Shown here: positions 43,999-55,807 of the stretch, piece by piece
How positions within the stretch are numbered: position 1 is the stretch's first letter
Layout of the letters: every line of letters begins with the position of its first letter
Assembly: GCA_964057225.1 (NCBI GenBank)
Contig: OZ059897.1
Span: forward strand, 8,990,001 to 9,054,000
DNA length: 64,000 nucleotides
Direction: 5' to 3'
Origin: Auanema rhodensis
Lineage: Eukaryota; Animalia; Nematoda
Notes under the pieces: generated by a model
Seen by the model: the letters and a program-made list of their open reading frames with translations, nothing else
Database searches by the model: none
What the model was told of the DNA's origin: nothing
Translations under genes and position numbers: made by a program

Positions 43999-46900
43999 TT
44001 ATGTATCTCTCTCATTTTCTTTCTCTCTACATATCTCTCCCTCCTCAATTCTTCATTTTATTTTACACGCTATCATTCTTATATCCTCTCATTCCATAAA
44101 AGTTCACCATGCTAAGAGAGTTATATACTTTTTGCCTCATCAAAGTAAGGATTATGTTGTATATTCATTCATTTTTCCCATGTTCATCTCCGGAAGCTTA
44201 TTTCTAATCGTAAAACTTATGCTCAGCGTTGACAACTCGAAGCTTACATTGAGGTTTCCAGCAGCTGCAATAGACCTATTCCTTCAGCATACGTTCTTCC
44301 CTCTCTCATGCTACTTATTAGGGAAATGTGGAGCAGATTAACATCATTATAACCAACTCGTACATATACGATTGCATTTATCAAAGTATTATATCTCATG
44401 CTACTGTCGTCGAGTATTTGCATCCCAACCTGCTTACGGTTATTTCTGTGATTGAGCAACAACAGTTTCAAAGCTTATCAATCTTGCTTCCCCCCTTGAT
44501 TTCAGTAAAATTCATTTCATTTCTTCTCTCTTTACATGTTGTCTCCCTAGCAACAGTTCCATTACATTATTAATGATTCTATTTTTTTAATAGGAAATTC
44601 ACAGATTTTGTATTGCATAAATAAAATCACACTGAATCACAAATAAGATGACATCCTGTATTGACTTTCTTACTAATTTGTTAAATTCCACTGACGTAAT
44701 CTCCTTCTATTTTCCTCTTTTTCTCTCTTTTTTCTCATGCAGATAGCTTCTCTCTCTTTTCTTCTCACCCTGTCTCGATATAACTATTTCACACACCAAT
44801 TTCTTGTTCTGCTTTTTTTCAGCTTCCAACACTTTCCCAGTTATATTAGTCTTCCAGATACAGAACAAATTCACAAATTATAAGTCGAGAAGAAGACACA
44901 AAGAGAGAGAAAAGGGGGGGGGGAAGCTAAGCAATTGAGAAAGAAAATAAAATGTTGCAAATATTAATTTTATTTACCTCTTTGTATGATCTTTGACTAT
45001 TTCATCTTTTTTGTGTTGCTCAAGAAAAAAATCATTTCATTGTCAAAATAATTCAATCACTCTCTCTCTCTCTCACTATATATATCTATATTACCCTTTT
45101 ATAAAATATTTTTCTTTTATAGTATCAGCTATAGTGTGAATATAATCTATATTTAGATGTTTTTCATCTTCTTCATTATCATCATCATCTTCTTCTCCTC
45201 CTCTTTCTTCTTTTTTTTTTTCCATTTTTTATTCTTCTATCATTTTTACATCATCTCATATATACATCCATATAGACTTCTAATAACATGACGTATTTCT
45301 TTTTGCTTTTTCAGTATTTTTCTCATCTAAATATGGATAATTTACTTCTACAATAGACTTTGCCATCTTCGAATAAGAGTACTATAACGACTTTGTTTAG
45401 CTGCAACATTATAAGAAATCAGAGATCTCAACGACTTCTGCCTTCAACTGATTTCTATTCGGTTAAAATGAGTTTTCAGTAATTTGTAGTACATTCCAAA
45501 GCATCTAAACAATCCATTCTGAGTTGTTTCTCACATATTTTGATGTTTAATTCAAGCTCTTAAAAAGTACTTTTGATTGTTTCAACTGCAGCTTGTACAT
45601 ACAGATATCTGTGTATAAAAGTGGCATAACTAGACAAAAAGAAAAAACATTATTTGTCATAATCACTTCAAAGCTCTTGAAATATTTTTTTTATCTTGTT
45701 AAACTTCATCGTCATCATCATCTTCTTCGCTTGTTTATCTTTGTTAATTCACATCCCACGTCTTCTACTCTTCTTCTTCCCCTCTCTCTCTCTCTCTCTC
45801 TGGATCTATTTTGTTCTCTCTTTAAAGTACTTTTATCCACTCAATCTCTTTTTGAACATTTTTCTCTTGAATTTTATTTACTTTTCCAATCATTGTTTCC
45901 TGTATACTACCTCGATATATGTACGTAAATTGAAAATATATACTCTATCCCATATATCCATCACCAGATCGCGAGAACGATATAGAGAATGAGCAGAAAA
46001 AAAAGAAATTATTTTATTTTCGTTTTTTTTATTCAAATCGTAATAACTGGTAAAAACGAAACAGCATTCGCTCATTCTTTTTTTCTTTTTCACTCTTTCT
46101 AAATCTCTCTTTCTCTCCTACAGACATACACACAAACATGCTATCTGTCTAACTCCCTCCTTTTATTCCCTCCTTTCATGTATAGCAACCTATAGTCTTC
46201 TCAGACATTCAACTCATTTTCTCGTACCCTTTTCCAAAAGCAAATATACTTTCATATTTGCAGAATTGAATTTTTACTCTTTTTCGTTTTCTACTTTGTA
46301 ATTAGTAAGCAATTTTTTGTGTCTCACTCCAAGCCAATAATCATGAATTGCTCGTCGTCGTCGTTTTTCTGTCACTCTGTTGCAAAGCAACATCATTTCA
46401 AAATCATCTGTGTGTGTCTCTCTTTTCATTCATTTTTTGATTCCTTTGTCTTCCAAAGCTTTGAATCCTGAAGATCCGTCTAGTGAGTTTGCATAGCAGT
46501 TTCTTCATTACTTTGTCGATGTCTTTGCTGCTTTCATACATACATTTGCCCTTCTGACCAACTTATATCATTTACTTTTCAATGTCTTTTTGAATATTTT
46601 CCTGCTTTTGATAGGAACTAGAATAACAGTCATATGATATTTCATATATAAGAATTAGAAATGTTCAAATAAGCCTAGATAATATTGGCTTTCTGTCGAC
46701 TATGATTGAAAGTTTAGAAAATTGAGTTTACAGCTTGACAGCCAAAAACAATAATTTGCTTTCTAATTTTTGTAAGAAAAAACTTTTTTTAAGTTTCGCC
46801 TTTATTCTGCTCATTTATGGGTGCAACTCTTTGTATATTCTAAATTGTATGCATAGAATGCAAAAGAGTTTTCAAGAAATCAGTTGCTCTCAAAATCTGC

Positions 46901-47057
46901 TCAATTTACCTTTTTACATAGAAGTATTGGATATTCAGAATTGTCTATGACATATTCATGTATGTATATCTATATACTTTTTCATGATACAACAGCTTAA
47001 TCCTTTCTTTTTTTGTGCTCCAATTCTCTTTTCTCATTTTAATTCAAATTTTTGTGT

Positions 47058-47191
47058 GAGCCGGTTGTTCTGGCCGTCAGTTTTTCCTTCTGCTACTACT
47101 GCTGCCGGTCGAGCAAGCCAGCTTATCGGTGGTTGTCTAATGCTGGGTGCGCATCACATTTTGGTTGCATTCCAGCTTTAAAGCATAAACA
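47058..47191 (+). ncRNA. Candidate structured RNA: two adjacent hairpins, pre-miRNA-like
   Basis: GC-rich island in AT-rich DNA. By manual folding, 47058-47081 pairs with 47101-47124 (about 20 bp, several G-U pairs) and 47134-47155 pairs with about 47162-47185. I do not recognise a known family. Confidence 0.4.
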
Positions 47192-48521
47192 GTTTTCTCA
47201 TTTTTCATTTATCGAATTCGGCATTTTATTAAAAAAATATGAGGATATTTGTTTCTGTAAAATGTTAAAATTTCAGACGAAAATGGGAAAAAAATAAAAA
47301 TAAAAATTTGATGAGATTGCAAAGAGAGTGAATAGCTTGCTTGTAGTGTTGATCAACACCTACGGCTTTCACTGTTACGTCATCAATATCATCTAATTTT
47401 AAGGTATGAAGTAAGAGAATTATTATTATAAATTCCCTCAAGTTTCATTCCTAATCATGTATTATCACTTTAATTCCCTTCGGTTTTCTTCAAACAACTT
47501 GGAAGATTTATGCAAAAAGCTTTCCAAAATTGCGATAAGTTTAGACAAAGTTGTAATTACAACTTGGTCTAAGTCTTATCTTTCAATTGATTGCAATCTC
47601 TGTACTTTGAATCTTTTTTCATTAGAGAGAAGAAAAAGATTTTTTATGTTTCAAAGTACACAATATGTCTTTAACTCTGTCTATATTTAATATTTTTGTT
47701 ATTTTTACTAATATTATGTATTTTAAAAATATATTTAATCTCAGATATAGCATATATATCTTCGTTTTGTTTTAATTTTAATTTTAAAATTTGATTATTC
47801 TAAATTTTACAGTTAAAGCCTTCAAATCACTGTTGTCGTTTAGACTTTTTCAATTCGAATAAAACAAAGATCTATCCTAAAATAAGAGATAATTTCCTAT
47901 TTTGAAGATCTATTTGTCTGTCACATCCATATGTTGTCAATACGACCTGAAACTATTTTGTATTTTTCTGATCACTTTATCTATCTCATTCATTTCTTTC
48001 TATCTTCTTCATATTCTTCTGTTCAATTTTATAAGGTTCTCAACATTTTTTTACACCTTTCCCACATTGATCATAGCATTTCTCTTCGTTATTCTCATGA
48101 ACTTGTAACTGTTTTTTTTTGCTAAATTTTAGCAGCCAAATGTCCACTGTTCTCTATTTGATACAGCTGTGCTATCATTTTCCTGTCTGCTTTTCTGTGA
48201 TTTTTTTTTATTTGAAAATATTTCCTTTGAATTCATTCCAAAAATAAAACAGTTTACATGTTTTTTTGATTTTTTTCTTCTTTTTTTTTCTTGTTGAAAC
48301 TTGATTACCTTTTCCTTTCGTTTTTGCTTTGATTAGCTTTTCCATCTTTCATATTACACTTGTAGAACTATCCTTAATTTTTGTTCCCTGCTCCTCGTTA
48401 TTGCTCAAAAAAAATTATTTTTCCTCACATTTTCACGCCAATTATCATTGAGTTTGAAGTTTATATACAAAGAATTCATGAATGCATGCTACATTTTTAT
48501 TTAACATATTATTATTATTAT

Positions 48522-48530
<9 letters not shown>

Positions 48531-48588
<58 letters not shown>
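48531..48588. repeat. (AT)n microsatellite, about 29 units
   Basis: Visible directly. Confidence 0.97.
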
Positions 48589-48593
<5 letters not shown>

Positions 48594-48996
48594 TATATAT
48601 CAGTCAGCCTTCTTCAATTTACTTATTTTAATTTTCAAGACAGCTGACATATTTTAATTTTGACTTAATTATCTATCTGATATGAAACATACATTAAATA
48701 TCTAATTATTTCTAAATTTGTTTATTGAATCTTTTCTCTCGTTTTCTTGCTTTTTTTTGTTTCTTATCAAACTTATGTAATAAATTGTAAAGTACAGTAT
48801 ACAAAGATTATTGTTGTAGGCTTGTGTGATAGCCTTTTTTGGACATTTTCTATTTTTGAGATTTTCAATTTATAGTATTATAATCCCTTATGCATTTTTA
48901 TATATTTATTCTTATACTCTTATATATATATATATATATGATAGATTTTTAAATAATTATCCTCTTTTCAGTTACGTATCTATAATGTCTTGAGAG

Positions 48997-51900
48997 ATGA
49001 TATACAGAAGCCTTTCATTGGGCATAATTCTTATAACTGTAGCTTTTGCTGACCGAATACAAAGAGAACCTTCCCCCACTTCTATTAATCGTTATCGTCA
49101 GCCTAGTTATTACCATGATGATGACGAATATTTTGATGGGCCAACCGTTGGAGTTGTAAGTTTCTTGATGCTTGCGCCTTTTTCAAATCTCATTTTCAGC
49201 TAAAAGAGTACAATGCTTCAGAAAACAATGAGATTCTCATTAGTTATCTGTCAGCGGTATCGAGAGTTCCGAAGAACATGGAAGCTGTTCTCAAAATACT
49301 TTCAGAGTCCAAGGTTTGCCCTTAGGCTATTATGGTTAATTTGGCGTAAAATGCTTACAGATGTCCTCAGAATCGTCATCGGACCATGAAAAGTATTCCA
49401 ATTCTATTCATTCGTTATCTAATTGCTTTCGAACTGATTTTGACGGTAAGATTGTTATAGAAGAAGCCTTTCTTATAAAATATTTTGATTCAGGGTCAAT
49501 GATATCAGGTGCTTTACAAGTAGCGATTGATGAGATTAATGCATCCAAAGATATTCTTCCTAATCATAAACTAACTTATACATTTGAAAATACGTGTGGT
49601 GATGAGCGTAGAAGTACGTATTTTCAAACAACGTTCTAGCAACTTCAAAGCTTTCTATTCTAGGTACAAAGTTTTTTATGAAGCATTGGAAAGAAGGAGC
49701 CAGAGTGTTCATAGGACCAGAATTGAATTGTCGGACTGAAGCTCAGATGGCTGCAGCCCAGAATTTGCCAATTATCTCATACAAGTGTAGGGATCAGACA
49801 GTATCAGATAAATCAAAGTAAAATCGTCTAATATGCTTAATCCTGAGCAGATACCACAAAGCTATTGCTTTCAGATACAACACATTCACCCGCACCGTTC
49901 CAGCAGAGACAGATATAACAAAAACATTCATATCATTAATGAAAGAATTCAATTGGAGAATATTTTCAGTAATTTATGAAGATTTGACTCAGAATAATGA
50001 AATGTTATTAGCAATTAGAGTATAAATAGATCTAAGTATTTCAAATTTTAATTTGTATTTCATTGCAGAGAGCAATGGACGAGGAAAACACTCGACTAGT
50101 TGATGGAGATACCAAATATAGGATCAATAATGTATCTGTTGTTCCAACATTTTCAGAAATAAAATCTGAAAAAGTTGTGGACAGCATAATAGAAGATACG
50201 AAGGATATAACAAGAAGTAATAAGAGTTTTTAATTATTTTCCATTGTAATTTTCGCAATTTCTTTCAGTATATCTCACATTTGGTAATGTGCGCTTGTTC
50301 AGAAAGATTTTGTTTATTATGGGTCAAAAAGGTTTGATGGATAAACAGGAATATCTACTTATCTATTTGGATACTGATTATAATTGGCTGAATGTTTATC
50401 ATGCTATGAATAATCATTTTGTACGAAGTAATTTAATTGAAAATAGTGATTTTTGAATGAAATAACTCTTTATCCTTTGTTTAGATACGATGATTGATCT
50501 CTCATCATCATGGGATTTTCCTAATTCGTCTGATCGTAAAGTTGCTGAATATCTACGAAATGCTTTAGCCATCATTCCTACACCTGTCAGATTAGATTCT
50601 GAAAGGTTTTCAAAGTTTTGGCAATCAGCCAATAAGCATTTAATTAACTTTGGTGTCCAAAAAGATCCCATAGCTCACAATTGGTCCATAAAAGTATGTT
50701 TTTCACTCAAACACTAATATTAAATAGAAAATTCGTAGGTAAATAGGTTTGCGTGTTATCTGTACGATGCTGTTTATCTGTATGCTACAGCATTGAACGA
50801 ACTTTTAGCTGATACGGTTGAAGAGCAGGTATGTTTTTTCACTCTGCCTTCAAGGGAATACCTCAATGTCCTTTAGGCTCGTGGGTATGATCCAACTCGA
50901 GATGGTGATGCCATCACTAGGCGCATCATTGGGAGGCGATACGATAGTATGCAAGGGTTTGCTATGAGAATAAATGATTTTGGGGATGCCAAAGGTAACT
51001 ACACACTGCTTAGTTGGCAGGTTTGTTCTGTGGCCATGGTCCATATTGAGGAATGTTAACTTGTACAGGCTGTTGAACCTGTAATGGATAAAAATAATGC
51101 TGATTACTATCCCTTGGACCATGCTCTAGATATAACAGCAGTATTTGTAGAAGATTCGTCAAATGATGGTCGTCCACCTAGGCTTGAGTAATCTGAGGAT
51201 TGAGTAAAGTGTTTTCATTTGATCCTTTTCAGCTTTAAAAAACCTATTAAATGGCTTAGTGGACTACCTCGAGACCATCCTGAATGTGGTTTTCATGGCG
51301 AGCTATGCAATAATGGAGGTAAACTAAACAAGAATTCTAAATAATTATTTGATTTTATTGCTTTTTAAGGATTTGTTTCGTTGATATTCTTGTTGGTTCT
51401 TGCAATAACCATTGTTGGTTTTGCTTTGATTACATCATTTGCCTATAGGTAGTTGAAGAGTTCAAACGTTTCGAAATCACTAGCTTCAGGAGTCGCCGTT
51501 TTGAAAAGGAATTACATTCAATATGGAAGATTGATCAAAGAGAAATTCAACGAGTGACCAGAAAAACTGGCTCAACTGTATCATTGTTTGTTGAGGGAAA
51601 AGAGGTAACGAACGGTGTGTTCAAACAAAACCTTTTGACTGTACTTGTTAAGTTCTTCGACCAATCATGCTTTGCTGATCCAGACAAGAAGTTTGTTCGT
51701 GATGTTGCTCATTTCCGTGGTTCCATAGTTTTTCTGAAAGGTAAATCGACAATCTATTTGAAAATTCTCACGTCAACCTCCAATTTTAGAGTTGAACTAT
51801 GGCCGAAAGACGAAAGAATTGACACGCCAGATGAAAATAGAAATGAGGATCTTAAGGCAATTAGCCAATCCAAATATCAATACGTTTATGGGTATACATG

Positions 51901-54900
51901 ACATTCATGAATAATGTGACATAAATTTGATACTTTGTTTCAGGAATTATTACGTGTCCTCATTCAATTTGTGTTGTACGAGAATTTTGTGCTCGAGGCT
52001 CATTAATGGACCTTCTCCAGAATAAGGATATGAAATTTGATGAAATATTCATAGTTTCATTTATAGATGACCTTATACGAGTAATTCATATATAATTAAT
52101 TAAAATTAATTTTTTAAACTTCGTATTCAGGGTATGACATATCTACATGAGTCAGAACTGCGAGTTCATGGAAATTTGAAAAGTACAAATTGTCTGATCA
52201 CATCGCGTTGGATGTTGCAAGTGGCTGATTTCGGTCTAAATGATCTGCGGGAAGGACGAGAATGGGATAATAGCCAAGTATACGTATGAGCAACTATCAA
52301 ATTATTTGAATTATTAAACTTTCTTTTTTTTGATTCAGTGGGAAAATCAGATTTGGACAGCGCCTGAGCATCTTCGAGCCAGTGTATTTGGTCAACATAC
52401 CTATAAACGTAATTAATTCCGGCTAAACCTTGGTCGTATTTCATATATAATGAAATTGCAGCTACTCAAAAAGGCGATGTTTACTCTTTTGGTATCATAC
52501 TTCATGAAATTGCTCTTCGACTTGGTCCATTTGGAATCTTTGAACCGGGAGCACCGTCCGTTGAAGGTACACAAGAACACAGATTTGAAAACAGAATATC
52601 ATTACCATACTGTATATTCATCGTTATAGAAGTTGTAAGAAAAGTTTCTGATCATTTTCATCGACCGACTATTCATTCATCTGAAGTTACTCGAGGTGTT
52701 TTGGATACTATGCGACAATGCTGGGATGAAATTCCGGAAAATCGTCCAGATTTCCGTTCTGGTATCCGAAATGGATTACGAGAACTGTTCGTTAAGCAAA
52801 AGAAAAGAAATATAATGGTAAACATGCATCCATATACATATTTTCAAAAACTTATTTCAGGATCATATGATGGATTTGATGGAAAATTACCAGATCACTT
52901 TAGAAAAGAAAGTTTTCGAACGAACTAAGCAGTTGCACGAAGAACAGCAAAGAAGTGAAAATTTGCTTCAACGTATGCTCCCTGTGTGAGTTAAACCTGC
53001 AATCTCAACGAAACAACCATGGAATATGTGTTTTAGATCAGTTGCTCAACAACTTCTATTAGGAAACAATGTGGTGCCGGAAAGTTTTCCATCAGTTACA
53101 ATCTACTTCTCGGATATCGTTGGATTTACTCGAATATCTGGCGAATCAACCCCTCTTCAAGTTGTTGCTTTCCTCAACAAACTTTATACTTTGTTTGATA
53201 ATATTATCAAACAATATGAAGTATATAAGGTTGTTTATCAGTATATCAGTATAAGAAAATATGTTTTTTATAGGTTGAAACAATCGGTGATGCTTACATG
53301 GTAGTATCAGGTGTGCCTGAATATCGTACTGAAGTTTTCCATGCCGATCAAATAGGTAATGCTCATAAATATATACTTTCGACTGCATATTTGCTTGTTT
53401 TCCTTCAGGTATGATGGCTCTGCATTTGTTATCAGCAGTTCGAAACTTCATTATACCGCATCGGCCCGATGAACAGTTGATGTTACGCATTGGTATTCAC
53501 ACGGGAAGTTGTGTAGCCGGAGTTGTTGGAAATACCATGCCAAGGTAATAGCGACTGAATCACAATTACATCACCATGTTACAAACGTCACCACCAACGA
53601 ATTCATAGCATTCGTCACGAAATCAACCGATTCCGCGTTCCCAAAAATCTAAAATGATGAAATTTGATGAAATACGTGAAAATCACGAGGTGTTCTTGAC
53701 GATCATTTCTAAGAAATAACAGATTAGCTAGTCACCCAAATAACCATTCAATCGAAGAAAAAAATATTTTATCGTTTTCCTATCGAGAAATAATATTTTC
53801 AATGATCTTCCCTCAAATTCTGAAGAAAAAAAATTGTGACGGAATAACAAAGACTATATAACATGGATGAAGTAACTACTCTCTTTTTTTCCAGATATTG
53901 TTTGTTTGGAGATACAGTTAACACAGCTAGTAGAATGGAAAGTAATGGAGAACGTATGTTTATATTGAAAGAAAAAATCTTTTTGTATTTTTACAAGCGT
54001 CTTTTAGCTCTGAAAATCCATTGCTCTCAAAGTACTCGTAATGTGTTGACGACAATTCCCGGATTCATACTAGCTGAGAGAGGAATTGTTGAAATAAAGG
54101 TTTGTTTATGGCATATTTCACGATATAGACGTACTTTTCAACATTTTAGGGAAAGGGTACTATGACTACATATTGGCTATTAGGCAGATACGGTGCCGAA
54201 TTTACAAATGATTTCGAGAAAGAGCAGCCGTTTGAAGCTTCCCAAATAATTGCACCTGATTTGTTCCCCAGGAATAGCAGTTTCAGGCCAACTGTTCGAG
54301 GCTCTAATTGGGGTTTGACAACCAGTTGCTGCAGAAAATCTTATATTCAATTTTGCAGGACTAAACAGAGATTCAACACTGTCTCTGGTTCAAAAAGAGG
54401 CTTCATTCTTTAAACGAATTGATAGGTCAATGTCAAGAGTCGGTTCTGTTTTCCAGGTTTTGTGAAAGTCTTGACATATGTGCCTGATTTCTATCTATTT
54501 AGGATCCTGTTTCTACATACTACTCCAGTCAAAATGGTGGAATGGTTTCGATTGGAAGTTCATATAAAGAACTGGCCTCTGTGAACGAAGAAAATGATCT
54601 ATTCGCAAATAATAACAACATAAAGTCAGATAAATTCATAAAAATCAATAGAATTCATATTTTATTCTTCGATTCCAGTCGCCAACGTCGTCCATTCAGC
54701 AAAACACATCTATCTAGAGCCTTTGATAACAAGGAGATGGCGTTAAGGAAAAGGTAAGCAAAGACTACAAGCTACAACTTGAGTTCATTAACATTCTTGT
54801 TTCAGATCAACCTCTCTACCTGATGGCGAATCTCTCAATTTGGATCAACTAATTCAACCTAATTCGACAGCTCCTGTTTCTTCTACACTATCTCGTCGAA

Positions 54901-55807
54901 ATGCAGAGTTAGTTCATGTCATAATTGTGTTCCATTGATTTTTCAATTTTCAGCTCTCATTCATTGAATTCCGGGTCACCACCTTCGAGTCAATATCCAT
55001 CATATCGTGATCTCTCTTGTGTCCAAAGGTATACCACTTTTTCCGCTAACATGGACTTGTCTTTTGTGATTCAATTCATTGGTGGTTGGTACTAACATCG
55101 TTTACAGAAAGCGTGGTATGAGGATGACTGTCTGGCCTTCCAGAAAACGATCGCTGTCAGTTGGAGATAATTTACCGATGCCAGGTGGTTTTGATGATTT
55201 GAACTGCAATGGAACAGAGAATCTGATTCGTGATCAAGCGAAGCCGAGACGTCCTATGAAACGATTCTTAAGCAAGGTTTCGAGCATAACAGAAACGAAC
55301 GAAACTGATGAAATGGACATTTTCAGGAACGCAAATCTGTAATATCATTACATCAGAACCTGCTCCGCGATCCGTCACCTTTTTCGCGCATTCGTGACGC
55401 ATCTCCATTCGGACGACATAGAAAGTCTCTCTGGGGATCGAAATCATCGAAGTCCGCTGATTTCATTTTGTTTGGTTTTTGATTCATTTGATTTTAGTGA
55501 TAGAGTCAGAGGTGACTCAATCTCCCGTCTCTGGCGACGTCTTCGAAGTAACGGGTGTAGTCAGTATAGTGGTCTTGAAGATGATCTGAATGAAAATATT
55601 TTTACAATTCCATCACCAAATGGTTAGTTAATTATATGATTCACGTACCTGATTACAGCTATGTGTTTCTCTTAATAGTTGTTTAAAATCAAAACACTTG
55701 CAGGATCCCTACTGAATAGTAGAGAATCAGTTCCTCATTTGGCTGTTGAAAACAAAGATGAATCAACGGAGCCATTGATTGAATTAAAAGCTGGTTTGAT
55801 GGTTTAG
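48997..55807 (+). CDS. gcy-12: Receptor guanylyl cyclase: signal peptide, ANF-receptor ectodomain, TM, kinase-homology domain, cyclase and long C-terminal tail; about 40 exons
   Basis: Motifs [41 protein letters not shown], a TM segment, [53 protein letters not shown] and [19 protein letters not shown]. The symbol is inferred from the long tail and adjacency to vhp-1 (recalled C. elegans F08B1.2 and F08B1.1). The family call is firm; the ortholog call is moderate. Confidence 0.9.

Noticed and set aside
38408-48125. Many hydrophobic ORFs in the gene-free region
   Set aside because: Explained by the T/C skew; overlapping frames are equally open and no motif is recognisable.
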